A stretch of DNA of 64,000 nucleotides from an uncultured Actinomycetes bacterium. GTDB taxonomy: Bacteria > Actinomycetota > UBA4738 > HRBIN12. Shown piece after piece: positions 34,527 to 47,494 of the stretch. The first letter of the stretch is position 1. Each line of letters opens with the position of its first letter. The translations under genes were made by a program, and so were the position numbers. The notes under the pieces are model-generated. The model saw nothing but the letters and a program-made list of their open reading frames with translations. It did no database searches and was not told the DNA's origin. The stretch is from assembly GCA_963704725.1 (NCBI GenBank), contig OY969934.1, positions 1,504,001 through 1,568,000 of the forward strand. Direction: 5' to 3'.

Positions 34527-34609
34527 CCGTGCCTCCGCGGTCGTCCCGGGCCCTCCTCCCGCGGAGCGTACCCGGCCCACCACGTCGTGCCTGCTAGATT
34601 CGGTGCTCC

Positions 34610-36037
34610 ATGCAGATCACCGTCGAGGAGACCGACCGGCACAAGGTCAAGCTGACGATCAACGTGCCGCCGGAGGAGTTCGGCAAGGACCTCGACCGGG
34701 CCTACCGCCGGATCGCCCAGCAGGTGCGGATCCCCGGATTCCGCAAGGGCAAGGTCCCCAAGCGCATCATCGACGCCCAGATCGGGCGCGAGGCAGTCCT
34801 CGGCGAGTTCCTCGAGGACTCGGTCCCCACGTACTACCGGGACGCGCTGCGGGAGAACGACCTCGCGCCGATCGCGGAGCCCGACATCGACGTCGAGCAG
34901 CTCGAGGACGGCAAGCCGCTGGTCTTCACGGCGACCGTCGAGGTGCGGCCCCGCCTGCGGCTCGAGCCGTCCGACTATCGCGGGATCGAGGTCGAGCGAC
35001 CCTCCGTCGAGGTCACCGACGAGGACGTCGACCGCCTGGTCGACTCGCTCCGGGAACGCTTCGCCGAGCTCGAGCCCGTCGGTCGCCCGGCTCGATCCGG
35101 CGACTACATGGTGATCGACCTGCGGGCGACCCTGCACGAGGAGGAGATCCCGGAGGCCACCCGCCCCGACTACCTCTACGAGGTCGGGTCCGGCGAGTTC
35201 GGTGACAAGCTCGACGCGGAGCTCGAGGGCAAGCGCTCGGGCGAGATCCTCAAGCACAACGACGTCCTTCCCGAGCGCCTCGGCGAGCACGGGGGCCAGG
35301 AGGTCTCGTTCTCGGTGCTGGTCAAGGAGGTCAAGGCCAAACGGCTCCCCGACGCCGACGACGAGTTCGCCACGACCGCGTCCGAGTTCGACACGCTCGA
35401 GGAGCTGAAGGCGAGCCTGCGCGAGCAGATCCGCAAGAACAAGGAGCGCAGCGGCGACGCGGCGGTCCGCGACCGCGTGCTGCAGGCTCTCGTCGACGGC
35501 ACCGAGGTCGATCTCCCCGAGACGCTCGTCGACGAAGAGACGGAGCATCGCATCACCCATGCCCGCGAGCGGGCCGAGCAGATCGGCATGACCCTCGACC
35601 AGCTCCTGGAGACCCAGGGGTTCGACGAGTTGCGCTTCCGCTCCGACGCGCGGCAGCACGCCGAGCGGGCCATCACGGCCGACCTCGTGCTGGAGTCGGT
35701 CGCTCGCTCGGAGAACCTCGAGGTCACGTCCGAGGAGCTCGGCGCCGAGATCGCAGAGCTCGCCGCTGCGCTCGGGCGCGACGCGAAGGACGTGGCGAAG
35801 AGCCTCGATCGCTCCGGTCAGGTCGTGGCACTGGCCAGTGATATCATCCGCTCGAAGGCGCTCGACGTGCTCGTCGAGCATGCGAACATCCGTCCGGAGT
35901 CGGGCTCGAGCAGGGAAGAAGAGACCGCGTCCAAGGAGGATCCCCCGTCCCTCGAACCGGACCGGGGCCCGTCCGAGGCGTCCGAGGAACCCTCCGAGCA
36001 GGAGTCGTCCGCCCAGGAGCAAGAGGAGACGTCATGA
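34610..36037 (+). CDS. tig: Trigger factor
   Basis: Ribosome-binding signature [10 protein letters not shown]; directly upstream of clpP-clpX. Confidence 0.96.
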   Translation: MQITVEETDRHKVKLTINVPPEEFGKDLDRAYRRIAQQVRIPGFRKGKVPKRIIDAQIGREAVLGEFLEDSVPTYYRDALRENDLAPIAEPDIDVEQLEDGKPLVFTATVEVRPRLRLEPSDYRGIEVERPSVEVTDEDVDRLVDSLRERFAELEPVGRPARSGDYMVIDLRATLHEEEIPEATRPDYLYEVGSGEFGDKLDAELEGKRSGEILKHNDVLPERLGEHGGQEVSFSVLVKEVKAKRLPDADDEFATTASEFDTLEELKASLREQIRKNKERSGDAAVRDRVLQALVDGTEVDLPETLVDEETEHRITHARERAEQIGMTLDQLLETQGFDELRFRSDARQHAERAITADLVLESVARSENLEVTSEELGAEIAELAAALGRDAKDVAKSLDRSGQVVALASDIIRSKALDVLVEHANIRPESGSSREEETASKEDPPSLEPDRGPSEASEEPSEQESSAQEQEETS

Positions 36038-36663
36038 AGGACTATCTCGTCCCCGTCGTCGTCGAGCAGACCAGCCGCGGCGAGCGCTCGTTCGACATCT
36101 ACTCGCGCCTGCTGAAAGAGCGGATCGTGTTCCTCGGCACGCCGATCGACGACAACGTGGGCAACCTCATCATGGCCCAGCTCCTGCATCTCGAGTCCGA
36201 GGACCCCGACAAGGACATCAACCTGTACATCAACTCGCCGGGCGGGGACATCACCGCGCTGTTCGCGATCTACGACACGATGCAGTACGTGAAGTGCGAC
36301 GTGTCGACCACCGTGATGGGACAGGCGGCGTCGGCCGCCGCCGTGCTCGCGCTCGCGGGGACCAAGGGCAAGCGCTACGCGCTGCCGCACTCGCGGATCC
36401 TGCTGCACCAGCCGCACGGCGGAGCGCAGGGCCAGGCGGTCGACATCGAGATCCAGGCGCGCGAGATCATCCGGTACCGCCAGCTCCTGGACCAGCTCAT
36501 CTCCGAGCACACTGGGCAGCCGCTCGAGAAGGTGGGCAAGGACACGGATCGCGACTACATCCTCACCGCCACAGAGGCCGTCGAGTACGGCGTCGTGGAC
36601 GAGGTCATCACCACCCGCAAGATGAAGCCCGAACTCGCAGCGGCGGCCGCGGGCGGGTCGTAG
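36034..36663 (+). CDS. clpP: ATP-dependent Clp protease proteolytic subunit
   Basis: [18 protein letters not shown], catalytic GQAASA, HQP and DRD. Confidence 0.97.
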   Translation: MKDYLVPVVVEQTSRGERSFDIYSRLLKERIVFLGTPIDDNVGNLIMAQLLHLESEDPDKDINLYINSPGGDITALFAIYDTMQYVKCDVSTTVMGQAASAAAVLALAGTKGKRYALPHSRILLHQPHGGAQGQAVDIEIQAREIIRYRQLLDQLISEHTGQPLEKVGKDTDRDYILTATEAVEYGVVDEVITTRKMKPELAAAAAGGS

Positions 36664-36720
36664 GATTCCACGCACGAGGCCGCGCGCCGGGCGCGGCCGT
36701 TCGGCTCAGGGGACGGGGGC

Positions 36721-37982
<1,262 letters not shown>

Positions 37983-37986
<4 letters not shown>

Positions 37987-40900
37987 CCCAGAGCCTCCTC
38001 GAGCGCGTGCGCGCGCTCCCGCTCCCGTCTCGCACCCAGCCTCTCGAACACCTCTCCGGCGCTCCGCAACCGTGCGCGAGCCTCAGCCGCGCGTCCTGCG
38101 GGCGCGAGCGCCTCGGCGAGAAAGGTCTGGGTCCGGGCCTCCTCCCAGCGTGCGGACAGCGAGGCGAAGTCGTCGCTCGCCCGCTCGAGGAGGGCGACGG
38201 CGCGCCGGTGGTCGCCGGCGGCGAGGGCGCCCCGCCCCTCGAGGCGATCGACGTGGATGGGGAGGGCTCGGAGCCCGGCCTCGGCCGCGTACGCCCGCGC
38301 AGCCTCGGCGAACGCCGGCGCCCGGTCCCACCGCCCGGACTCCGCCACGTGCTCCGCCTGGACCTGCCGCAGCAGCGGCAGGTGGCCCGAGATGCGGCTC
38401 TCGTCGGCCGCGGCGAGCAGATCCCCGGCCTCGTCGAGCGCGCCGGTGCCCATGAGCGCCCACGCCAGCCACGTCCGGATGTTCCCGCGGCCGATCGTCG
38501 CGTCGACGGCGCCGAGCATCTCGCGCAGGATCCCGACGTGCCGGTCGGCGCGATCGTCGTCCTGGAGGGACTCGATCACGGCCAGCGCGCCGAACATGTT
38601 CGCCGCGAAGTACGGCGGATGCTCGGCACGTGCCGGCCCGAGCAGACGCTCGACCGTCGGGCCGAGCTCGTCGACCACCCGGTACCAGTTGCCGAGCTCG
38701 AGCTCGGCGATCGCGCACCAGCTCAGCCCGTGGGTCGCCAGCCCCTCGGCCCCGAGCTCGATGAGGTCGAACGCCCGGTTCCCGAAGGTCCGGGCGCGCT
38801 CGTAGTCGCCGATCATGACCGCGTTCCACGTGGCCATGTCGTTCACGTCCCCGACCTCCCATGGGTCGTCGAATCCCTCGGCGAGCTCGAGGCGTCGCTC
38901 GAGGATCGGAACCGCGCCGCCGTAGTTGCCGATCGCGATCAGCGAGGAGCCGGCGCCGTCCAGAGCCGCGGACGCGAGGTCGGGCCTGCCGATCGCGAGC
39001 GCGGCGTCCGCCGCCGCCAGACCGGCCCGGTGGCATGCGTCGACCTCCTCGGGCGTCGAGCCCCGGATCGGCGCGAACGCGAAGAGGGTGAACGCGGACG
39101 CGGTCACGAGCCGGATCCACTCGACCGAACCCTCTCGTGCCAGCGCCAGCCCCTGCTCGATGTACCGGCGGACGACCTCCTCGTCGGGGGTCGTCCTCAT
39201 CGACCCGGGCCAGCGCATCGGGTTCTCCACGGCCCGGGCGCAGACCCGCGCGATGGCCTCCCCGTCGTCGGCCACGTCGCGCAGCCGGATGTCCGCCGCC
39301 TCCCGCAGGGACGTCCACGAGAGGTCGCCCTGGTAGTTGGTGCGCGCGATCATGCCCCGCTGCTCGAGGCTCCGGGCCCGCTCCAGCGGCGTGCTGGCGA
39401 GCGCGAGGGCCTTCTCCACGAGCCGGAGGGCGCCGTCGGTGGCGAACCGCCGTCGGGTCGCCTCCGCCGCCTCGAGGAACGCCTCGAACGCCTGGAGGCG
39501 GAGGTGTTCGAGCCGGACGGGATCGTCCCCGCCGTCCAGCGCGCTTCGGTGGGCCTCGGCGTAGTGATGGGCCAGGAGCTCGGCGAACTCCGGACGGCGC
39601 TCGCCCGCCGTCGCCTCGATCCACTCGGCGACCGAGGCGTGTGCCGGACCGCGCTCGCGACGGGGGAGCGTCGCGTAGGCCACGTCCCGCGTGAGGATGT
39701 GCTTGAAGATGAACTCCGGCTCGCCCGCGATCGACGAGGTGAGCCGGCTCCGCACCAGCTCCCGCTCCACCAGCCGATCGAGGGTGTCACGGAGCCGGTC
39801 CCGGTCTCCGTTCAGCAATCTGCCCACCGGCCCCGGCCAGAACACCCGGCCCACCACCGCAGCCCGCTGCAACGCGCGCTTCTCGACCGCGTCGAGCAGG
39901 TCGATCCGGGCGGCGAGCACGCCCTGGACGGTGTCGGGGATCTCGACGTCGCCGATGTCGGGGGAGGCGCGCCACCGGTCTCCGTCGCGGACGATGCGCC
40001 GGTCGTCGATGAGGTGACGGACGATCTCCTCGAGGAAGAAGGGATTGCCCTCGGCTCGCGCGAGGATCTGGGACCGGATGCGATCGGGCAGGTCCTGCAC
40101 CGAGAGCAGCAGGTTGACCAGCCGGCCGGCGTGCTCGGCCGAGAGCGGCTCGATCGCGAGCGAGGAGACGTTGCGGTGACCGCCGCCCCAACCGGGACGG
40201 CGCTCCGTGAGCTCCGGCCGGGACGGACACAGGAACAGGACCGGACCGACGACGCGGTCGATCAGGTGCTCCAGGAGGTCGAGCAGCGCGGGATCGGCCC
40301 AGTGGATGTCCTCGATCACGACGACGAGCGCCGATCGCGCCGACAGCGAGGAGAAGAACACCCGCCAGGCGGCGCGCATCCGGTCCCGGACCTGGCGGGG
40401 CTCCAGCTCGCGCATCGACGCCGTCGGGAACTCCAGGCCGACGGTGTACGCGATCGCTCCGCACGCCGCTGCGGGGTCGATCGACGGGTCCGCGGCGAGC
40501 ACGTCGTCGCACGACGCCTCGATCTTGCCGAGCACGACCTCGGTAGCGTCGGAGTCCAGGACGCCCGCGTGCGACTTCAGGATCTCGGCGAGCGGCCAGT
40601 ACGTGACGCCCTCGCCGTACGGCAGGCAGCGCCCCAGGGCGATCGTGGGTGCGGGCTGCTGCGCCTCGGCCCAGCCGAGGAACTCGCGGGCGAGGCGGCT
40701 CTTGCCGACCCCGGGATCGCCGTAGATCGTGACGAGGTTCGGGCGTCCCTCCGTCACCACGCCCTCGAACACGGTCTGCAGGAACGCGAGCTCCCGGTCG
40801 CGCCCCACCATCGGAGCGTGGAGCCCCGGCACGCCGCGCTGAGGCCGGTCCGGCGCCTCCTCGACGAGCGTCACGGCCGGGACCGGATGCTCCTTGCCGC

Positions 40901-41582
40901 GGAGGTCCTGGGGCCCGAGCTCCGAGTAACGGAACCCCCGTGCGGCTCGGGCCGTGCGCTCGGCCACGACGATCTGGCCGGGCTCGGCGGCCTGCTCGAG
41001 GCGGGCGGCGACGTTCACGGCGTCCCCCGCGACCATCGCGTCGCCGGGGCTCGGGTGGATCGCCGCGAGGACCTCGCCGGTGTTCACCCCGGTGCGGACC
41101 TGCAGCACGACCCCGAACCGGGACTCGAGCGAGCGGTTCACGTCCTGCAGGCGCCGTCGCATCCGAAGGGCGGCGCGAAGCGCCCGGCTCGGATCGTCCT
41201 CGTGGGCCGTGGGGACCCCGAAGGCCGCCATGACGGCATCCCCGATGAACTTCTCGACGGTCCCCCCCTCCGCCTCGATCTCCTCCCGCATCGCGTGGAA
41301 GTAGGTGTCGAGCACCTCCTGGAGCCGCTCGGGGTCGAGGCGCTCGCCGAGCCCCGTGGACCCGACGAGATCGGCGAACAGGATCGTCACGATCCGTCGC
41401 TCCTGGCCCGCCGGCGGCGGCGCGGTCTCGACCAGGGCGGCGCCGCAGCCCGGGCAGAACCGCGCCCCGGCGGGGGGCTCGGTGCCGCAGACCGGGCAGG
41501 CCGGCACGAGCGACGCCCCGCACGACAGGCAGAAGCGCGCGCCCTCAGGGTTCTGCGTCCCGCAGCTCGAGCACCGGGTCAC
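37983..41582 (-). CDS. Double zinc-ribbon, class III nucleotidyl cyclase, STAND/AAA ATPase and TPR-like protein
   Basis: Four CxxC motifs. Cyclase motifs [20 protein letters not shown] and [11 protein letters not shown]. Walker A GDPGVGKS, Walker [28 protein letters not shown], and a helical repeat C-terminus. Confidence 0.92.
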
Positions 41583-41630
41583 GGTTCCCCGAGTCTAGGG
41601 GGACCCGAGCGCCCCGTTAAACTCGGCGCC

Positions 41631-44174
41631 ATGACTGTGCCGGAGAAGCCGAGCCTGGACGGGCTCGAGGCCAAGTGGGACGAGTGGTGGGAGGCGGCGG
41701 GCACGTACCGCTTCGACCGCTCGAAGACGCGCGACGAGATCTTCGCGATCGACACGCCGCCGCCCACGGCGAGCGGATCGCTCCACGTGGGTCACGTGTG
41801 CTCGTTCACGCACACCGATCTGGTCGCCCGGTTCCAGCGGATGCGGGGCAAGACCGTGTTCTACCCGATGGGCTGGGACGACAACGGCCTGCCCACCGAG
41901 CGGCGCGTCCAGAACTACTTCGGTGTCCGGTGCGACCCCTCCCTGCCTCACGATCCGCACTTCGACGTCGACGCGCTCGATCGGCCGGACGGCGAGATCG
42001 TCCCGGTCTCGCGGCCCAACTTCATCGAGCTCTGCGAGCGCCTGACCGCCGAGGACGAGAAGGGGTTCGAGGCGCTGTTTCGCCTCCTCGGGCTCTCGGT
42101 CGACTGGACGCAGACCTACACGACGATCGACGAACGCTCGCGCCGCGCCTCCCAGCGCGCGTTCCTGCGCCTGCTGGCTCGCGGTCTCGCGTATCGCGCC
42201 GAGGCCCCCACGATGTGGGACGTCGACTTCCAGACGGCCGTGGCGCAGGCCGAGATCGAGGACCGCCAGGTGGACGGGACCTACCACCGGGTCCGGTTCG
42301 ATCTGGCCGACGGCTCGGGGAGCGTCGAGATCGAGACCTCGCGGCCCGAGCTGGTCCCGGCGTGCGTGGCCCTCGTCGTCAACCCGTCGGACGAGCGGTT
42401 CCGGTCGCTGGTCGGACGCGCGGCGGTGACCCCGCTGTTCGGCGTGGAGGTTCCCATCGTCGCCCACGAGCTGGCCGAGCCGGACAAGGGCACGGGCATC
42501 GCGATGATCTGCACGTTCGGCGACATCACCGACGTGACCTGGTGGCGCGAGCTGCGCCTGCCCGCCCGGGTGATCGTGCTGCGCGACGGCACGATCGCCC
42601 CGCCCCGATGGGGGGAGCCGGGTTGGGAGTCACGCGACGTCGAGGCAGCCCGCCGGGCGCAGGGTGAGCTGACCGGGATGCCGTCGCGTGCGGCGCGCAA
42701 GCGGATCGCCACGCTGCTGGCGGACTCGGGGCACCTCGCCGGTGAACCGACGCCCGTTCGCCACGCCGTGAAGTTCTACGAGCGCGGCGAGCGTGCGCTC
42801 GAGGTGGTCTCGAGCCGCCAGTGGTTCGTGAAGACGATCGAGTTCCGCGACGAGCTCCTCGCGCGCGGTCGCCAGATCCGCTGGCATCCCGAGCATATGG
42901 GCTCGCGGTACGCCTCGTGGGTGGAGGGGCTGAACGGCGACTGGTGCGTCAGCCGCCAGCGCTTCTTCGGCGTCCCGTTCCCCGTCTGGTACCGCCTCGA
43001 CGAGGACGGCGAGCCCGACCACGACCATCCGCTCGTGCCGAGTGAGGACCGGCTCCCGGTCGACCCGTCGAGCGACACCCCAGAGGGCTACACGGAGGAC
43101 CAGCGCGGGAAGCCGAACGGGTTCGACGGCGACCCCGACATCATGGACACGTGGGCGACGTCCTCACTCACGCCGCAGATCGCGGGGGGATGGGAGGAGG
43201 ACGACGACCTGTTCCGGCGCGTCTTCCCCATGGACCTCCGGCCCCAGGCACACGAGATCATCCGCACCTGGCTGTTCTACACGGTGTTGAAGGCGCACCT
43301 GGAGCACGACTCGCTGCCGTTCACCAACGCGGCGATCAGCGGCTTCGTCCTCGACCCCGAGCGTAAGAAGATGTCGAAGTCCAAGGGCAACGTCGTGACG
43401 CCGACGGAGACGTTCGAGCGCCACAGCGCCGACGCGGTCCGCTACTGGGCGGGGAGCGCCCGGCTCGGGATCGACGCGACCTTCGACGAGCAGCAGATGC
43501 GCGTCGGGCGCAGGCTCGCGATCAAGATCCTGAACGCGTCGCGCTTCGTCCTGTCGCTCGAGGCGCCCGGGGGCCCGATCAACGACCCGCTCGACCGGTC
43601 GTTGCTGCTGGCCCTGTCGGGCGTCGTGTCCGACGCCACCGCCGCGCTCGAGGACTACGACCACGCGAAGGCGCTCGACCTGACCGAGCGGTTCTTCTGG
43701 GGCTTCACGGACGACTACCTCGAGCTCGTGAAGAGCCGGGCATACGGCTCCCACGGTCCGGAGGCGGCCGGCTCCGCGATCGCGTCGCTGCGGCTCGCCC
43801 TTTCCGTCCTGCTTCGGCTGTTCGCTCCGTTCCAGCCGTACGTGACCGAGGAGGTCTGGTCCTGGTGGCGGACGGGCTCGATCCACCGGGCCGACTGGCC
43901 CGAGCTCGGGGAGCTCGATCCGTTCCACGAGGGCGACGCTCGGATGTACGACCTGGCCGCGTGGGTGCTCGGCGAGGTCCGCAAGGCGAAGGCGCTGGCC
44001 AAGCGCTCCCTCCGAGTCGAGGTCGAGCGCGTCGTGGTCCACGACACCGAGGAGCGCCTCAAGGCCCTCCGCGGCGTGGAGCGGGACGTCCGCGAGGCCG
44101 GCAACGTCGCCGCGATCGAGTACGTCGAGGCCACAGAGCCCTCGGTCGAGGTCGTTCTGCCGCCTGCGGAGTAA
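41631..44174 (+). CDS. valS: Valine--tRNA ligase
   Basis: IDTPPPTASGSLHVGH, DWCVSRQR, MDTWATSS and KMSKS motifs. Short form without an obvious C-terminal coiled coil. Confidence 0.96.
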   Translation: MTVPEKPSLDGLEAKWDEWWEAAGTYRFDRSKTRDEIFAIDTPPPTASGSLHVGHVCSFTHTDLVARFQRMRGKTVFYPMGWDDNGLPTERRVQNYFGVRCDPSLPHDPHFDVDALDRPDGEIVPVSRPNFIELCERLTAEDEKGFEALFRLLGLSVDWTQTYTTIDERSRRASQRAFLRLLARGLAYRAEAPTMWDVDFQTAVAQAEIEDRQVDGTYHRVRFDLADGSGSVEIETSRPELVPACVALVVNPSDERFRSLVGRAAVTPLFGVEVPIVAHELAEPDKGTGIAMICTFGDITDVTWWRELRLPARVIVLRDGTIAPPRWGEPGWESRDVEAARRAQGELTGMPSRAARKRIATLLADSGHLAGEPTPVRHAVKFYERGERALEVVSSRQWFVKTIEFRDELLARGRQIRWHPEHMGSRYASWVEGLNGDWCVSRQRFFGVPFPVWYRLDEDGEPDHDHPLVPSEDRLPVDPSSDTPEGYTEDQRGKPNGFDGDPDIMDTWATSSLTPQIAGGWEEDDDLFRRVFPMDLRPQAHEIIRTWLFYTVLKAHLEHDSLPFTNAAISGFVLDPERKKMSKSKGNVVTPTETFERHSADAVRYWAGSARLGIDATFDEQQMRVGRRLAIKILNASRFVLSLEAPGGPINDPLDRSLLLALSGVVSDATAALEDYDHAKALDLTERFFWGFTDDYLELVKSRAYGSHGPEAAGSAIASLRLALSVLLRLFAPFQPYVTEEVWSWWRTGSIHRADWPELGELDPFHEGDARMYDLAAWVLGEVRKAKALAKRSLRVEVERVVVHDTEERLKALRGVERDVREAGNVAAIEYVEATEPSVEVVLPPAE

Positions 44175-44176
44175 CC

Positions 44177-45469
44177 GTGCGCTACGCCGACGCGCTGGCC
44201 GACCTCGACGCGCGCCAGCCCGAGCACATGCCGAAGCCGGACCTGGAGCGGATCCGCGCGCTCGCCGAGCTGCTCGACTCGCCCCAGCTCACCTATCCGA
44301 CGATCCACGTGACCGGGACGAACGGGAAGACGACGATCGCGCGACTGGCGGCCCGGATCGCCTGCGCTCACGGACTGACCACGGGGCTGTTCACGTCGCC
44401 GCACCTGCGTTCGGTGACCGAGCGCTTCCAGCTCTGCGAGGAGCCGATCCGTGAGGGCGAGCTCGGGGCGGAGTACGAGCACCTCCTGCCCTACCTGCGA
44501 ACCGTGGACGAGCGCGTCGGTCGCGTGACGTACTTCGAGGCGCTGACCGCGCTCGCGTACCTGTGGTTCGCGGACAAGCCCGTGGGGCTCGGCGTGTTCG
44601 AGGTGGGCATGGGGGGCACGTGGGATGCGACGAACCTCGTGGCCGGCCAGGTGGCCGTCCTCGGCCCCGTGGGGCTCGACCACCCCGAGCTGGGTTCGAC
44701 CGTGGCCGAGGTAGCGGGGGAGAAGGCGGGGATCGTCAAGCCCGGCACCGTGGCCGTGGTCCGCGAGCAGGACCCGGACGCCCTCGCGGTGATCGAGGCC
44801 CGGTGCGCCGAGGCCGGCGCCCGGATGCTGCTCGAGGACCGTGATTGGGGGCTGGAGACGCGCACGGCGGCGCTCGGGGGCCAGGCCCTCACGATCCGCG
44901 GTCTGCACGGCACGTACGAGGACCTCGGGCTGTCCCTGTTCGGTGAGTTCGCCGCGCACAGCGCCGGCGCGGGGCTCGTCGCGGTGGAGGCGCTGCTGGA
45001 ACGCCCCCTCGAGGACGACGCGGTGCGGGAGGCGCTGCTCGGCGCGACGTCGCCCGGCCGGATGGAGGTCGCCGGCCGGCGTCCGCTCGTCGTGCTCGAC
45101 GGGGCGCACAACCCGGCGGCCGCCGCGGCGCTCGCCGAGGCGTTGACCGAGGCCTTCACCTGGGAGCGGCTCCATCTGGTGATGGCGGTGTTCTCCAACA
45201 AGGACCTCGACGGCGTCGCGGCGCTGCTGGCACCGATCGCGGACGCGGGGTACGCCGCGACGACCGACAGCGTCCGCGCCCGCTCGAGCGAGGAGGTCGA
45301 GGCGGCTCTGTCCACGTACGGTCTTGCCGCGCAGCGGTTCCCGAGCGTTGCCGAGGCGCTGGAGGCGGCACGGGCGGCGGCGTCGACCGCCGATCTCATC
45401 CTGGTGACGGGCTCTCTGTACACTGTCGCCGCCGCCCGCGAGGCGCTCCTGAAGGGACTCTCATCGTGA
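44177..45469 (+). CDS. folC: Folylpolyglutamate synthase/dihydrofolate synthase
   Basis: IHVTGTNGK, FTSPHL, EVGMGGTWDATN, EKAGI and LDGAHNP motifs. Confidence 0.95.
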   Translation: MRYADALADLDARQPEHMPKPDLERIRALAELLDSPQLTYPTIHVTGTNGKTTIARLAARIACAHGLTTGLFTSPHLRSVTERFQLCEEPIREGELGAEYEHLLPYLRTVDERVGRVTYFEALTALAYLWFADKPVGLGVFEVGMGGTWDATNLVAGQVAVLGPVGLDHPELGSTVAEVAGEKAGIVKPGTVAVVREQDPDALAVIEARCAEAGARMLLEDRDWGLETRTAALGGQALTIRGLHGTYEDLGLSLFGEFAAHSAGAGLVAVEALLERPLEDDAVREALLGATSPGRMEVAGRRPLVVLDGAHNPAAAAALAEALTEAFTWERLHLVMAVFSNKDLDGVAALLAPIADAGYAATTDSVRARSSEEVEAALSTYGLAAQRFPSVAEALEAARAAASTADLILVTGSLYTVAAAREALLKGLSS

Positions 45470-45870
45470 CCGTCGAATCGACACTGCTCATCGTCAAGCC
45501 TGACGGCGTTCGGCGAGGACTGGTCGGCGAGGTGCTCCGCCGGGCGGAGGCGAAGGGGCTGCACATCGCCGAGATGAGGATGCTGCAGATCGATCGGGCC
45601 CTCGCCGACGAGCACTACGGCGAGCACCGGGAGAGGGCGTTCTTCGACGAGCTCGTGAGCTTCATCACGTCGGGTCCGGTGGTCGTGGCCCGCCTGGAGG
45701 GCGAGGGCGCGATCGATGTCTGGCGCACGCTCATGGGACCGACCGATCCGGCGAAGGCGCCGCCCGGCACGATCCGGGGCGATCTGGGCCTCATCATCAC
45801 GGAGAACGTCGTGCACGGCAGCGACTCGCCCGAGTCCGCCGAGCGCGAGCTCAAGCTCTTCTTCGGCTGA
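45466..45870 (+). CDS. ndk: Nucleoside diphosphate kinase
   Basis: KPDGV, PGTIRGD and NVVHGSDS motifs. Confidence 0.97.
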   Translation: MTVESTLLIVKPDGVRRGLVGEVLRRAEAKGLHIAEMRMLQIDRALADEHYGEHRERAFFDELVSFITSGPVVVARLEGEGAIDVWRTLMGPTDPAKAPPGTIRGDLGLIITENVVHGSDSPESAERELKLFFG

Positions 45871-45876
45871 CGCCGC

Positions 45877-47490
45877 GTGGACGCGTCGCGCTCGCTGGAG
45901 CGGATCCGGGAGTACGTCGAGGTCCACCGCTACGGGCTGGCCACGCCCGGGCTCTCGCTCGCCGTCACCGACCGGGAGCGCTTCCTGGGCGGCGTGGTGG
46001 ACGGGTTCGCCGACCTCGACGCTCGAGAGCCGGTCGCCGGGCATCACCGCTTCCAGATCGGCTCGATCTCGAAGGGGTTCACCGCGCTCGCGCTGTTGCG
46101 GCTCGTCGAGGAGGGTCGTCTCGACCTCGAGGCCCCGGTCACGACCTACCTCCCGTGGTTCGAGGTGCGCTCGGCGCACCCGCCCATCACGATCCACCAC
46201 CTCCTGTCGCACACGAGCGGCCTCGTGACCGGGACGGACTTCACCGGCGACGCCGCGTCGGAGGTGTGGTCGCTGCGCGAGACGCACACGGGCTTCCCGC
46301 CGGGCGAGCGGTTCCTCTACTCGAACGTGGGCTACAAGACCCTGGGCCTGGTCCTGGAGGCGATCACCGGCCGGCCGTGGTGGGAGTCGGTCCGCGACCG
46401 GGTGATGGCGCCCATCGGGATGCTCGACGCCGACGTCGTGATCACCGACCGGTCCCGAGGTGGTCTCGCCGTCGGCTACTCGTCGCCGTTCTCCGATCGG
46501 CCGTGGCTACCGCGGCACGGGTGGGCGGCGGCGCCGTGGTTCGAGAGCGGCACGGCCGACGGCACGATCTGCGCCACGGCCGAGGAGCTCACGGCGTACG
46601 CGCGACTGCTCCTGGCGGGAGGTCGAGGGGTGGTCTCGCCCGCTTCGTTCGAGCGCATGACGACCCCGTTCGTCCGGGACCCCGAGTCGCCGCAGGAGGG
46701 GTTCGGGTACGGCGTCAAATGGATCGAGGAGCCCGGCCGCGCGCGTCTGCTCGGGCACGCCGGCGGCATGGTCGGCTTCGCCGCGCTCGCGCTCGTGGAT
46801 CCGGAGGCGGGGGTGGGCGCGGTCGCGCTCATGAACTCGGCCTTCGGGAGCCGGGAGGAGCTCGTCCACTTCGCGCTCGACTGTCTCGCCGTCGAGGCGC
46901 GGGGCGCGCCCCTGCCCGAGATCCCGCCCCCCGCGGACCCGCTCCGCGTCGAGAACGCTCCGGCGTTCGAGGGTCGCTACGAAGACCCGGGCGGCGAGAT
47001 GGTCGTGTCGGCGGCGGGCTCCGGGCTCGCGCTCGAGACGGAGGGTCGCCGGGCGGCGCTCGTGCCGGCGGGGACCGACACGTTCGTCGTGGACGACCCC
47101 GAGCTCGAGCGGTTCCCAGTCCGGTTCGTCCGCGAGGGGGGCGCGATCGTCGGCGCGGCCTGGGGGCCGCGCTGGCTCACCGAGCCGTCCCGGCGGGCCA
47201 CGTTCGCCTACCCGGGGGAGTGGTCGAGCCATGCCGGCCGGTACGCCTCGTGGAACCCGTGGTCCCCGGGGTTCCGGGTCTTCCCTCGGGCCGGGTCCCT
47301 GTGGCTCGCGTTCGCCGGCGAGGCCACCGACGTCGGAGGGGAGCGGCGGCTCGACCCGCTGGAGGATGGGACGTTCCGCGTCGGCGAGCCGTGGTCCCCG
47401 GACCGCGTCGCCTTCGACACGGTGATCGACGGGAAGGCGCAGCGGGCCGTGTTCGACGCGGCGCCCTACTACCGGACGTTCGTCGAGTGA
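45877..47490 (+). CDS. Serine hydrolase, beta-lactamase/class C-like, with C-terminal extension
   Basis: FQIGSISK (SxxK), LLSHTSG, YSN and GHAGG motifs. No signal peptide evident. Confidence 0.88.
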   Translation: MDASRSLERIREYVEVHRYGLATPGLSLAVTDRERFLGGVVDGFADLDAREPVAGHHRFQIGSISKGFTALALLRLVEEGRLDLEAPVTTYLPWFEVRSAHPPITIHHLLSHTSGLVTGTDFTGDAASEVWSLRETHTGFPPGERFLYSNVGYKTLGLVLEAITGRPWWESVRDRVMAPIGMLDADVVITDRSRGGLAVGYSSPFSDRPWLPRHGWAAAPWFESGTADGTICATAEELTAYARLLLAGGRGVVSPASFERMTTPFVRDPESPQEGFGYGVKWIEEPGRARLLGHAGGMVGFAALALVDPEAGVGAVALMNSAFGSREELVHFALDCLAVEARGAPLPEIPPPADPLRVENAPAFEGRYEDPGGEMVVSAAGSGLALETEGRRAALVPAGTDTFVVDDPELERFPVRFVREGGAIVGAAWGPRWLTEPSRRATFAYPGEWSSHAGRYASWNPWSPGFRVFPRAGSLWLAFAGEATDVGGERRLDPLEDGTFRVGEPWSPDRVAFDTVIDGKAQRAVFDAAPYYRTFVE

Positions 47491-47494
47491 GGCG